DNA of 64,000 bases from Octopus vulgaris (taxonomy: Eukaryota), in the NCBI GenBank assembly GCA_951406725.2, contig OX597820.1:46066001-46130000 (forward strand). Reading direction: 5' to 3'. This document shows positions 51,001-64,000 of the stretch, in pieces. Under the pieces are notes generated by a model, which had not been told where the DNA came from, did not search any database, and saw only the letters and a program-made list of their open reading frames with translations. Both the position numbers and the translations under genes were made by a program. Numbering within the stretch: the first letter of the stretch is position 1; each line of letters begins with the position of its first letter.

Positions 51001-52200
51001 GAAAGCAGCGAGTCAGCAGAATCGCTAGCACGCCGAGATAAATGCCTAGCAGCATTTCGTCCATCTTCAGGTTCTGAGTTCAAATTCCACCGAGGTCGGC
51101 TTTACCTTTAATCCTTCTGGGGTCGATAAAATAAGTACGAGTTGAGTACTGGGGTCGATGTAATCGACTCAACACCTCTCTCGGAATTGCTGGCCTTGTG
51201 CCAAAATTATTATTATTATTATTATTATTATTAGATTATTTGTCAGTGTTCTTTCGTCACACATTTTGTGTCCTCTTCAACGACTTTCTGTCTCTCGTGT
51301 CTCCTTTTTGCCTTGTCTATTCCATTTTGTCTTTTTGTTTCAACACATGATTTCTCATCAAGAATCTTGCAAAACAAATGCAAAGATGTATCTGCAATAA
51401 CTTAACCAATTCCGATCTTTTGTTCAAAATCACAAAGGCTGTAATAAAGATATTATACGTTCTTGAGAGGCGAGGAACATCATCTGCTAAAGTCACTAAC
51501 GTAAGCGACCGTGTGTTTATAAAGGACTAATTTGTTGTAATTACGAAAAGCTAGTGGCCGGTTGGTTTGGGCGTCGCATTCATGATCGTAAGATCGTAGT
51601 TTCGATTCCCGGACCGTCGTGTTTATGAGCAAAATACTTCATTTCAAGTTGCACCTGTCTACTCAGCTGTAAATGAGTTCCAGCAACAGCTGAGAAACTA
51701 ATCATGCAACGGACCGGTGTCCCATTTCAGGGCGAGTGTTATTTTAACCCAGTCCCTTAAAAGCCAAGGAAACCAGTTTAAGCACTGGTCTAATGAGTTT
51801 TCCAAAAGATCGTAAAGACCAAAATGATTTTATGCTATCACTTTTTAAATTCCATTAAACTTCCGTTATGGCATAACAGTTATATTAGCTATGACGTGCT
51901 TCTATGACATAGATGAAATTTTATATTTTGCTTTGAAAATCCCGACTTCTTTCTGAACGCCACGTGTAGGGATCTTAAACATTGCAGTTTCCATCTTTCT
52001 GGATTGTAGCTACGGACAAAATACTTTATGATATTGAGTTCAAATCCCGCTGAAGTGGCCTTTTCCCATTTCTCCTCACGGAGATCGATCGCATAAACGT
52101 CAGTTGAATATTAGCGTAGTACTAACTGAAGCTTAAATACCGCTGTTTAATTCTAATATTAATACTACTACTAATGATAATAATGATGACGATGATGATG

Positions 52201-52232
<32 letters not shown>

Positions 52233-52281
52233 GATATCTATTATATGTTAATTATTTCCATTGTTTTTGATAAAACAACAG

Positions 52282-52485
52282 CAAGCAAGTGGAAGCAAGA
52301 TGAATGCCCTCTACTCCACGCCATCCTGTTACATCTACAATCTGAACAAAGTAAACAAAACATGGACTGAGAAAACCGATGATTTCTTTCCTTACGCTCA
52401 CAAGCGTCATGCTTTCTGGACAGGCTATTACACAAGTCGGGCCTCGTTTAAACGTTATGTCCGAGAGAGCAACAACATGTTACAA
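52282..52485 (+). CDS. MAN2B1: Lysosomal alpha-mannosidase exon, 204 bp
   Basis: AACAACAG|CAA...CAA|GTAAGC; QASGSKMNALYSTPSCYIYNLNKVNKTWTEKTDDFFPYAHKRHAFWTGYYTSRASFKRYVRESNNMLQ. Confidence 0.96.
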
Positions 52486-53237
52486 GTAAGCACACCGGTT
52501 TCTCTTATATTCGCTTCAGCATTATACATACATACATACATACATACATGCATACATACATACATACATACATACATACATACATACATACATACATACA
52601 TACATACATACATACATACATACATACATACATACATGCATACATACATACATACATACATGCATACATACATACATGGTGGCTGCCTCCTCGTTATCGA
52701 GTATGGCCATTGCACGAAGCTTAATCAATGTTGTTATCGTGCAATGTCTGTGCAAGATTTTTTTTAAAGTGAGGAAAGGCAGTGCACGGAGTCAATCCCA
52801 CTCACTAAGCAACAGCAGCCATAATCCGAAAAGAAGAACAAGTCAACATCATCGGTAACCACTGAGCCGCAGGTTTTATGTTGGAGTTATCCCAGTTACC
52901 TGAGTTACCTTCTCCGAGAAGGATGCCCTAACAAAGGCTAGGAGTCCTTCACTCCCAATGGTTTAACCGCGCGATCGGGTATTCAGTCCGATTATTTCTA
53001 TGTCCCCGCGCATGGTACAGCCTTAAGACATTTATTGGATGGCCGTTCACTCTCAAGAGTTCCTCCGCCCATACATACATACATACATACATACATACAT
53101 ACATACATACATACATACATACATACATACATACGTACATACGTACGTACGTACATACATACATACATACATACATACATACATACATACATACATACAT
53201 ACATACATACATACATACATACACATATACATACATA

Positions 53238-53680
53238 CAAATGTAAACACAATAGATCTGATATAATGATTTGGGATAGAGAAGAGAAACTGTGGACAGT
53301 TGTGGATATCAGCTGCCCAGCTGAATATCAGTGAAAAAGAGAATACCTACGCTGAACTATTGAAAGATCTCCAGTTACTCTATCCAGATTACATGTTCAG
53401 ATTAATACCTATAATTATTGGGGCATTGCGATATGTGACACATTGCTTAAATACCAATCTTGAGAATTAGGTTTCTCAAAATCAGAAAGGAGAAAGCCGA
53501 TTCGAAGACTGCAGATCCAAGCGATCACTGGAACTGTAAAAATCTGTAAAACTTTCAAGAAGTTTATCATTTAAGTATATATGAGCATGTCCAGATATGC
53601 AAGTATATGCATGAGAATACATACATAAAACAAGGCATACAAATCTGCAAGTATGCGTACGTACGTACATACATACATAC
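53238..53680 (+). mobile_element. RLE-clade (R4/Dong-like) LINE 3' fragment within (TACA)n
   Basis: [28 protein letters not shown]...FRLIPIIIGALRYV...LQIQAITGTVKICKTFKKFII*. Confidence 0.8.
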
Positions 53681-55678
53681 ATACATGCATACATACATAC
53701 ATACAAACAAAAATGCCCTGCTGATGTTATTGAAATTCTAATAAAGGAGCCTTGAATCTAGGTTAGGAACTGGCTCTTTCTCTCTTGGTAAGAAATCTTT
53801 AAATAAAACTGAATAATGACATACATACATACATACACACACATACATACATACGTACGTGAGTACTACGTATGTACGTACGTACATACATACGCAAACG
53901 CACATACACAATCCTACAAATATAGATATATTTGTAAATATCCACATTTATGTGATCTGTATCTTGGGCGAGTTCCTCTTACTATATATAGCTTTATGTG
54001 AACTATCAGTGGAATTTGGTAGGCGGAAACTATGCAGAAGTGTGCCATAAATACACACACAGATATATATGTGTATATGCACACACACATATATATGTAT
54101 GTATGTGTATATGTACGTATGTATATACATATATATATATATACATGTATATACATATATATGTATTTATTTACAGACATACATGCACACATATGCATAT
54201 GCAAATGTATTTTTATATATGCATTTGTATGTACAAGTATGTAGTAATCAACCAAAATTTTATAAGTCAAAATACAATGCTCTTAATATGATGAAGACAA
54301 AGTTATTGTCTATACTTTTACAGTTATAGAAACTAATCGATCCATGCTACTACCAAAATCCACTCAAAATGATTGAGCACTTATCAAATTTGGTTAATAC
54401 TTACTCCTGTCTCTCGCAACAAAACGATTTACTGTAGGGACAAATGGATTATTCCACTGCTTCCACATGTGTTATGAGCAGTCTAGCGAAAGAACTAAAC
54501 CAGATGTAAGTAAACTGAGGCCCTCGGGTTTATCTGAATAGAATAGCAAGCCAACGAAAAATTAGCTTGAATATTTATTGAATATTTATTAGTAGTGAGG
54601 ACGGTGAGATGGCAGAATCATTAGCGCGTCGGGCAAAATGCTTAGCGGCATTTGGTCTGTCATTACATTCAGAGTTCTAATTCTGCTGAGGTCGACTTTG
54701 CCTTTCACCTTTCGGGTACATTAAAATAATGGCCCAGTGGTTAGGGCAGCAGACTCGTGGTCGTAGGATCGTGGTTTCGATTCCCAGACCGGGCGCTGTG
54801 AGTGTTTATGGAGTGAAAACACCTAAAGTTCCACGAGGATCCGGCAGGGGTTGGTGGCGAAACCTGCTGTACTCTTTCACCACAACTTTCTGTCACTCTT
54901 TCTTTCTGTTGTATCTGTATTTCAAAGGGTCAGCCTTGTCACACTCTGTGTCACGCTGAATCTCTCCGGGAACTACGTTAAGGGTAGACGTGTCTGTGGA
55001 GTGCTCAGCCACTTGCACGTTAATTTCACGAGGGGGCTGTTCTGTTGATCGGATCAACTGGAGCCCTCGTCGTCGTAACCGACGGAGTGCCACAATGACG
55101 TTAAAATAAGAATCAGTTGTGCACTGATGTAATCGACTCATCCCCTTCTCCAAAATTGGTGACCTTGTGCCAAAATTTGAAACCAATATTTAATAGCAGT
55201 AGGGCGGTGAAGTGGAAGAACCGCTAGCACGCCGTGCAAAATACTTAGCGGCATTTCGTCCGTTTTTACGTCCTGAGTTCAAATTCACCTTTCAGTATTG
55301 ATAAAATAAGTTCCAGTTGAGCACTGGGATCAATGTAATCGACTTACCCTTCCTGGAAATTGTTGGCGTTGTGCCAAAACTAGAAACCAATGTTTATTAC
55401 TAGTTTGGCCCGCTTGATAACGAATCATGTTTCATGCGGCCCACTTGTCGAAAAGGGCTGCCTATGCCTGAACTAGACGAAGCCGAATATCAAGGTAGGT
55501 AACAACATTAGGTTTTTCTGCAAGTGACCTTCTTTCAGCTATCTTTATGGTTAAGATAAAATAGATAGGAAAAAGTATTTTCATAAAATGCATATAACAC
55601 AAACGGGACTTAGTGTGTTATTACACCTGAAATTTCATGAGTATATCTTAATTCATGACCCTTACTTTCTTTCTTCAG

Positions 55679-55739
55679 GTGTGTAAACAGGCGAATGTTT
55701 TAGCCAAGCTTGGACAGAGCGCGAAGGTAGATGACCTTT
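55679..55739 (+). CDS. MAN2B1: Lysosomal alpha-mannosidase exon, 61 bp
   Basis: TTCTTCAG|GTG...CTTT|GTAAGT; VCKQANVLAKLGQSAKVDDL. Confidence 0.9.
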
Positions 55740-56262
55740 GTAAGTATTCTTTGCATCTAATTTTGGGTTACTTTTATGTTAATCTAATATAGCAGAAACC
55801 TGTGATGTTTTTAGTCCTGCAGAAGGAGCAATACCTATGAAGTTTTCAGTGCTTCAGTCCTTCTGAAGGAAACATACGAGCAGGAATGTAATTGTTGTTG
55901 TACAAATACAGCATTGCTGTAACTATAGAATAAAAGTTGACCTCAACGGGATTTGAGCTCAACAAGTAAAGAAACTGAAGAAATGCTGCCAAGCATTTTG
56001 TTCGACGCTCTAGCGACGCTGCAAGCTCATGGCTTTGACAGAATTAAATAAATCCAATACTGAAGTCTAGCAATAGCTTTATTAAAGTTATTTCTGCACC
56101 TTAAAACGACATCAGCAGGTAGTGAGATTTAAAGCGACAAAGAAGGATAATGTCATGATTTCTCTCTCTCTCTTTCTCTCTCTTACACACAGGACACCCC
56201 CAAACACACACACGCAGATTTTAATTTTAATTGAAACTAAAAATTTGTTTCGCTACTCGAGA

Positions 56263-56391
<129 letters not shown>

Positions 56392-56412
56392 GTATATGTG
56401 TGTGTGTTTATA

Positions 56413-56469
<57 letters not shown>

Positions 56470-56542
56470 ATATAATATAATATATATATGTATATATATA
56501 ATATATATATGTGTATATAAATGTATATATATATATAATATA

Positions 56543-56574
<32 letters not shown>

Positions 56575-56714
56575 ATAATCTAGAGTCAAGTTTTGACTGC
56601 TATCGCTAGCATGGTGGTATCTTTTAGATACTCTTAATTATATGTGTTTATATATATATGTGTGTATGTGTGTGTGTATGTGTGTATGTAGATAGATAAA
56701 CATCTCTCTCTCTA

Positions 56715-56808
<94 letters not shown>

Positions 56809-56860
56809 CCAATTTATCTGGTTCCTTCTTTCTCTTATGATTTTTTTTATCAAATTTCAG

Positions 56861-56900
56861 GGAAAGAGTTCTCAATTGTACAACATCATGATGCCGTCAC
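56861..56900 (+). CDS. MAN2B1: Lysosomal alpha-mannosidase small exon, 40 bp, with Zn-ligand His
   Basis: TTTCAG|GG...GTCAC|GTAAGG; (W)KEFSIVQHHDAV(T). Confidence 0.92.
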
Positions 56901-58119
56901 GTAAGGACCTTCCTCCTTTTTTACTTCTATTCCGCTTTTATGGTTAGATATCATTGTGCTGTTGTCATCTGATACAGTGTTGGTGATTTTGGTAATATCA
57001 TAACATTTGTATTCATACATACGTATATATGCATGCAGTGTAGGATATGTACGTATGTGTGTATGTGTGAGTGAGTGGTGGACATCCGATGTTCACGATG
57101 AGGATTCGGTTGATTGATCAACTGAAACACCTGCTCCTAAGTTCAGTGCCGGAAGTATTCCAAAAGTGTCTGAGTATTCCAGAGACACGTGTGCCTTTAA
57201 CACAGTTCTCAAGTGGAATCAGTATAACACAGTGTCCCCAAAATTGTACCGTTTGAATTACAAATGCAATCTATCCGACTGTATTCTCTACGGTTTCCAT
57301 CCACCTATTTCTTCTACATGCTAAGAGGGTCTATGAGATTCCACCCAGAGGGAAGTGTGTGTGTGTGTATAGCAAGGGCGCTTGGCCTAGTAGTTAGGGT
57401 GTCACACTCCCGATTGCGACATCGTTGTTTCAATATCTGGACCAGGTGGTGCTTTGAGTTCTTAGGCAAGACACTTCATCTCACATTCTTCTGCGATCAC
57501 TTTGATACCTGATGCGTGGTACATTGATGACCTGCTCAGGCAACATTGATTTGATGGAGGGAGTACAGCACAGACATTGGATCACCATAAACAAAATCAT
57601 TTATGCAGGTTCTTCAGCAAGAAATTGCAGGACCGTCTATCTTGGACTACAAGAGACTACCAATTATGTATGTATGTATGTATGTATGTATGTATGTATG
57701 TATGTATGTATGTATGTATGCATGTATGTATGTATGTATGTATGTATGTATGTATGTATGTGTTTGTGTGTAACAGTAAATATATAAAAACCAATCAAGT
57801 GATTATTATGACCTATAGGCAATGGATAGCATAATCGATAGCGCATCAGACCAAATACCTTGCGTTATCTTCACCTGTTCTTTACGTTCTGAGTTAAAAT
57901 GCTACCGATGTCAAATTTGCCATTTGTCCTTCTGGAGTCTATAAAATTATGTCCTAGTCAAATACTATGATACATATAGACAACCCTCACCTCAAAACTT
58001 CCAAAATTTCTGGCCCTTGTCGCTATATAAAAAAAATTATTATTATTACAATTTAATTATTTATTTATTTATTTATATGTTTTTGTCGTAATAACCAAAG
58101 TGCCTATTTCTTCTCTCAG

Positions 58120-58189
58120 GGGCACGGCCAAACAAGAAGTGGACAGAGATTATCGTCGAAGGCTTGCATTTGGAATAAATAGCTGTCAG
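58120..58189 (+). CDS. MAN2B1: Lysosomal alpha-mannosidase exon, 70 bp
   Basis: TCTCTCAG|G...CAG|GTATGT; (T)GTAKQEVDRDYRRRLAFGINSCQ. Confidence 0.93.
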
Positions 58190-58255
58190 GTATGTACATC
58201 AGGCGAAGTAACTCTTTCAAAATATCTTCGTAACGGTACAGAACTCGTGCGATTA

Positions 58256-58427
58256 TCTATTCAAATAATATACTCTTGTGTCTTTCTCCATCACAACATA
58301 TGAATGAGAAAGGAAGGGGTGATAGATGACTAAGGAACAGGTGATAGCAAAGTCGTTGTGGGATGATAGAAATACTACGGTAAAGAAAAAAAAAACAGGG
58401 CGGTATGTGAATGGTAGTGTGTGTGTG

Positions 58428-58471
<44 letters not shown>

Positions 58472-58690
58472 CGCTCGCTCAATGGAAGTGGGATGGCGAA
58501 CATTCAACGCCGAAAAGAAAAATCAAACAGCGTTACTACTCTGTGTGAGTATATGTGTGTGCGCGTGTGCATGTACAAGGGAAGTATGTGAATGTTTGTA
58601 TCTGTAATTATTATGTAACTTATTTTGTATCTTATTTATACATAAAATATTACAATTAGCCGTCATTTTTTACGGTACGGACCCTGCTAG
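58256..58690 (+). mobile_element. Possible non-autonomous Helitron
   Basis: A|TC... start and ...CCGTCATTTTTTACGG..CTAG|T end; the 5' boundary is a guess. Confidence 0.3.
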
Positions 58691-59407
58691 TTGATATATA
58701 AATCTAATCATTATGAATATAGATTGTGCTGCGTAGTCTCTATATGAATATAGAGTCGGCTCTGATCAAATAGATCTATGATCAAAGCTTTGCAGCTGAG
58801 GCAATCACATCTTGTTTTTAAATATTACTTTCCTAATGTTTGAGGTGGTAACGCGTGATTACAGGCAGTCTTTACTGCTATTTCTAGTGGGTCGACTGAC
58901 AACGTAGAGGCTCGCTCATTGGTTCACAAAGATGAGTCGGTAGAGCATTACACGTTTAAGAAGATACTGTGGAGGCACGTAGCTAAGAGGTTTGGATGTT
59001 GCACTCAAGATGGTAAGATTGTGGTTTCTAGCGGTGAGATATATACGCCACAGAATTCGAGAAACTGGACTTCAGTTCATCCTTTATTTGGTGAACACTG
59101 ACGACGAAACGGTGGTACAAGGACTTTGAAATATTTACGGCCAAAGTTCCCTAACTCATTTATACCCACTCGTTTAAGATGATCTGCCTCAGCAGAGCAA
59201 AGAGTTGAAATAATCTTTTAAGTTAACGTTGAATAGTGATGCTTGTTAAACATTTAGGAGTGGCTGTGTGGTAAGTAGCTTGCTTACGAACCACATGGTT
59301 CCGGGTTCAGTCCCACTGCGTGGCACCTTGAGCAAGTGTCTTCGGGTCAACCAAAGCCTTGTGAGAGGATTTGGCAGACGGAAACTGAAAGAAGCACGTC
59401 ATATATA

Positions 59408-59484
<77 letters not shown>

Positions 59485-59772
59485 GTGTGTGTGTGTGTGT
59501 GTGTAGTTGTTTGTGTGTCTGTGTTTGTCCTCCCAACATCGCTTGACAACCGATGCTGGTGTGTTTACGTCCCCGTAACTTAGTTCGGCATAAAAGGCCG
59601 ATAGAATAAGTACTAGACTTACAAAGAATAAGTCCTGGGTTCAATTTTCTCGACTAAAGGCGGTGCTCCTGCATGGCCACAATCAAATGACTGAAACTAG
59701 TAAAAGAGTAGAAATAAGTATATAGTAAGGTAAAAAAAGGGAAAAAGAAAAAAATAGCTTGATAGCTTAAAG

Positions 59773-59924
59773 CAGTGGTTCCCAACCTTTTCACTACAAT
59801 TTAAATGAGTTTTCCTACAAACCCCAGAATATTGAAAGGTCTGTCAGCTTAACATGTTCACGGAACCCCAGCACTACCTTTGCGGACCACCCGGGGTCTG
59901 CGAACCACCGGCTGGTAATCATTG
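59773..59924. mobile_element. hAT (Charlie-like) MITE with perfect 8-bp TSD
   Basis: GCTTAAAG at 59765-59772 and 59925-59932; ends CAGTGGTTCCCAACC / GGCTGGTAATCATTG. Confidence 0.85.
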
Positions 59925-60448
59925 GCTTAAAGGCTAGTGTTATGATTGGAGGTAACTCTGTATAGATAAGTTTTAGTGGTGTTAGACCTCGTCAGCGAAG
60001 TATAGGCTTCACAGTAGTTGTTGAAGTAGTAACTGAAGAATCAGTAAACTATGCAATATTGTACGCGAATTAGTGTGGAAACAAAGCTGATATGATAAAG
60101 CTTCAGTTAATTACACGCATATATAGTTTATTATAATGAGACACACATAAAAATGCAATAGTTAGTAATTAACATATTTCATACTCTGTATTGTGAAGTA
60201 AAAACATTTTTAAAAACATGCTTAGTTTTTGCTTGGACAGTATATTTTATATACACTTAGCAAGTCTATTAGAATTAATTTGCCAAGTATTATGATGCAG
60301 TGCCTTATCTAAACTTGGGTTCTGTCTCACTGCGTGGCATTTTGTGCAAGTGTCTTCCACTACAGTCTCGGTCCAACCAATGCCCTGTGAATGGATTTGT
60401 TAGACAGGAACTGAAAAGAAGCCTGTCGTATGTGTATGTGTGTGTGTG

Positions 60449-60491
<43 letters not shown>

Positions 60492-60495
60492 GTGA

Positions 60496-60594
<99 letters not shown>

Positions 60595-61066
60595 CCACCA
60601 CCGCTGGATAACTATTGTTGGTGCGTTAACGTCTCAGCAAGCTAGCGGTTTGGAAAAAGAAACCGACAGAATAAATACCAGAATTAAAAAGAAATTAAGC
60701 ATTGAAGGTCCATTAGTTCAGCTAAAATTCCTTATGGTGATGCCCCAGCGTGGCTGCAGTCTAATGGCTGAAAGTAGCAGAAGATAAAAGATAAAAGATA
60801 GAACATATATAACAAAACAATAGGTTTTCTTCTCTTCGTCGACCGAAATTTTAAATTTTAAATAAATGTTTAAGGGGGATAACTCTAAGAGAAAATGTGT
60901 AAGGGGACGCAACTCATGTATCCAGTGGTCGGATCTTGGCTAACTTTTGAAACTTTTTGATGATTAAACATAAAAATGTGAGTGTGTGTGTCTGTGTATA
61001 CATACATGTATGCATGCATACATACTCATACACACACACTCACACGCGCGCGCACGTGCGCACATA

Positions 61067-62284
61067 TTAGGTTGAGTAAAAAGTAAACAACGTTTTGAAC
61101 CATGAAGAATTTGTACCAGAATTTTGCAGAGTCCTGAATATTTTTAAGACATTTTTTTTGCAGTTGTCTAATAATACAGACGTAGACTTGCCCAAATGCA
61201 TCAATAAATTAACATATATAAATTTTTAAACTTTGAAATGGATCTGTCAAAGTGCGACATTCGAGCAATTTTGCTATTCAACTTCAAAAAGGGCGTAAAG
61301 CAGCTGAAATTGCTCGCGATATCAACGAAACGTTTGGCGAGGAAATGACCGGTGAGTGGCCAGCTCGAAAATGCTTTAAACGATTTCGCAGTGGAGACCC
61401 ATGCCTCGAAGATAGTGAGATAAGTGGACGCCCATCTGTCATCGATGACGGTCAATTAAAACCGTCATTGAGAAAGATCCACGTAAAACCACTCGGGAAC
61501 TGGCAAAAGAACTTCAAGTTAGCCAGAACACTGCCTGCAGCCATATGCATGCGATCAGTGAATCAAACAAAGCTCGACAAATGGGTACCACACGATTTGA
61601 ATGAAAATCAGAAAATGCGCAGATATGAAATTTGCTCGTCGCTTCTTCTTCGTAACCAGACCGATCCATTTCTCGACCGTATTGTAACTTGCGATAAAAA
61701 GTAGATTCTGTACAATAATAAAAAATGTTATTCGCAGTGGCTAGACCAAAATGAAGCACCGAAAACCTTCCCTAAACCCGTGATCTTCAAAAAGAAGGGC
61801 ATGGTGTCTGTTTGGTGGTGTACTGCTGGACTCATCCACTATAACTTCTTAAAACCAGCAAAAAACCATTACTACAGAAACATATTGCCATGAAATTGCC
61901 AAAATGAACGAAAAACTGCTACTCCTTCATCCCAGGCTGGTCAACAGAAAAGAGCCAATCATTCTTCATGACAATGCTCGACCACACGTTTCACTAATGA
62001 CGCTCTAGAAGTTTAGAGAATTTGGCTACGAAGTACTTCCCCACCTAGCTTATTCCCCGGATCTTCTCTAGCACTTTGATGGTTTCCTGCTAGAGAAGGA
62101 GTTAAAAAATCCAGATCCAGAACTCCAGATTTTATGTTACCGGAATAAACAAACTTGTAACTCGTTGGCAAATTTGTGTTGATTGTAATGGTACTTACTT
62201 TGATGAATGAAATTTCTGCATTGTTGAAATATATTTTGATGAATTTCATGTTTCAAAACGTTACTTACTTTTTATTCACCCTGA
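61067..62284 (+). mobile_element. Near full-length, defective mariner (Hsmar1/cecropia-like transposase pseudogene)
   Basis: TA TSDs (61065-66, 62285-86); ~40-bp TIRs; ATG at 61238; motifs WVPHDL, IVTCD, HDNARPH, YSPDL; stops and frameshifts present. Confidence 0.93.
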
Positions 62285-62792
62285 TATGTGTATGTATGTA
62301 TGTATGTATGTATGTATGTATGTATGTATGTATGTATGTATGTATGTATGTATGTATGTATGTATGTATGTATGTACGTACGTACGTACGTACGTACGTA
62401 TGTATGTATGTATGTATGTATGTATATATGTATGTATGTATGTATATATGTATGTATGTATGTATGTATGCATGCATGCATGCATGTATCTATGAGTGTG
62501 TGTGTGCGCTCGTGCGTACCTGCATGCATGGATGGATGATGGATGGCTGGGTGGGCGGATGGAGAAAGAGAGAGTGATAGAGAGAAATTGAAATGCACTT
62601 GTGGTGATAGCAATACTTATAAATGCACTCTCATTCACTCTCTACTCTCTCTCTATCTCTCTCTCTTTCACACACAAGCACACACACGCGCACACAAACA
62701 TGCACGCACACGCACGATCACACACACATAAAGCACCCCTTCATATAAACTATTTCCAAATTTATCTCACTATATTTCTATCTCTTTTCCAG

Positions 62793-62912
62793 AATGTTCT
62801 AAGAAAAGCCTACAAGAAATGGTTGCCTGATAAGAATAAATTCTATGGAAAAATGGAATTTTGTAACCAGTTGAATATATCATCTTGCTTTATTACCGAA
62901 ACATCAGATACC
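62793..62912 (+). CDS. MAN2B1: Lysosomal alpha-mannosidase exon, 120 bp (last identified in window)
   Basis: TTTTCCAG|AAT...ACC|GTAAGT; NVLRKAYKKWLPDKNKFYGKMEFCNQLNISSCFITETSDT (C..LNIS.C motif). Confidence 0.92.
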
Positions 62913-63076
62913 GTAAGTTCCTCTGCCCCTTGAGGTATTTTCCCGTTACGAGAGCATTTTCTGAGTCAGGGTGAGTTTGTGTGTATGTCGGGCTTGTTTT
63001 TTTTATGTGGTTGCTACTAGAGGGGACAACTGTTCTTGGTGTTAGTTGTGATGTTAGTGGTTGTGTTTCTGGTGAA

Positions 63077-63491
63077 GGCGGCGAGCTGGCTGAAACGTTA
63101 GCACGCCGGGCGAAATGCGTAGCCGTATTTCGTCTGCCGTTACGTTCTGAGTTCAAATTCCGCCGAGGTCGACTTTGCCTTTCATCCTTTCGGGGTCGAT
63201 AAATTAAGTACCAGTTACGCACTGGTGTCGATGTAATCGACTTAATCCGTTTGTCTGTCCTTGTTTGTCCTCTCTGTGTTTAGTCCCTTGTGGGTAGTAA
63301 AGAAATAGGTATTTTGTCTGCCGTTACGTTCTGAGTTCAAATTCTGTCGAGGTCGAATTTGCCTTTCATCCTTTCGGGGTCGATAAATTAAGTACCAGTT
63401 ACGCACTGGTGTCGATGTAATCGACTTAATCCGTTTGTCTGTCCTTGTTTGTCCTCTCAGTGTTTAGCCCCTTATGGGTAGTAAAGAAATA
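63077..63491 (+). mobile_element. Tandem dimer of the Nin-core SINE bracketed by a single 16-bp TSD
   Basis: TSD GGTTGTGTTTCTG(G/A)TG at 63059-63074 and 63492-63507; internal junction AAAGAAATAGGTATTTTGTCTGCCG near 63300-63322. Confidence 0.88.
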
Positions 63492-64000
63492 GGTTGTGTT
63501 TCTGATGTTATTAGTGACTGTATTTGTAGATGTGTTGTTGTTGTTTATAGTAAGGGTGATGGTCGCGCTGGTGGTAGTGGCATTGTCGTTGACGTTGGCA
63601 GAGGTATTGATGCTGTTGTTAGTGGAGACGGTATCTGTGTTGGTGTTGTTGTTGCTGTTGTTGTTATAGTTAGTGGCAGATGTAGTGATAGTGTTGATGG
63701 TGAGGGTGGTGTCAAGAATTGTGTTGACGATGGTGTTATTGCACATCTTTTGGGTCAAGTTCCATTTGTGGATTTGCATGGGGATTTCATTGATGATATC
63801 GCTATTATAATTATTGTTTATTTTCTAATTAGAGCTTATATTGCTTGTTCCTGTTGTTGTTGCTACTACTTTTTTAATTGTTGTTGTTAGTGATGTAGCC
63901 AATGCTTTTTTAATTTAGCCCCAGATAAGCTGTGATCCAGCAGACCTATTACAAAAGGCGTTCCTTTTTGTATATAAGAGAGAACATTATCAAATATATT

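Noticed and set aside
59096-59122. CTGACGA-C-GAAAC and 28560-28585(-) CTGATGA..GAAA motifs
   Set aside because: No stem II can form; consistent with chance.
63426-63890. Thr/Asn-rich mucin-like ORF (-) and Val/Gly-rich ORF (+)
   Set aside because: Degenerate trinucleotide low-complexity sequence in an intron, interrupted by a SINE; no domain or splice support.

Overview
Eukaryotic, AT-rich, microsatellite-saturated genomic DNA. The SINE repertoire and simple-repeat load point to an octopus or other coleoid cephalopod (inference). One host gene is supported: 12 consecutive + strand coding exons (29564-62912; 1359 nt, 453 codons, phases all compatible, all GT-AG) of a lysosomal-type GH38 alpha-mannosidase (MAN2B1-like). 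Its first coding exon was not found and the gene continues past the window end. The rest is mostly transposable elements: tRNA-derived SINEs of at least four families, RTE, CR1, Tx1/L1 and R4/Dong-like LINE fragments, two mariner derivatives, hAT MITEs, Helentron-like elements and Penelope-like elements (PLEs). The most interesting signal, invisible in the ORF track, is a set of minimal type-I hammerhead ribozyme motifs: six clear copies from four families, plus three decayed candidates. One pair sits in a near-perfect 170-bp-arm hairpin, and two lie sense-oriented inside mannosidase introns. Most ORFs in the supplied track are microsatellite or antisense artefacts. Coordinates were counted by hand; TE boundaries are approximate.
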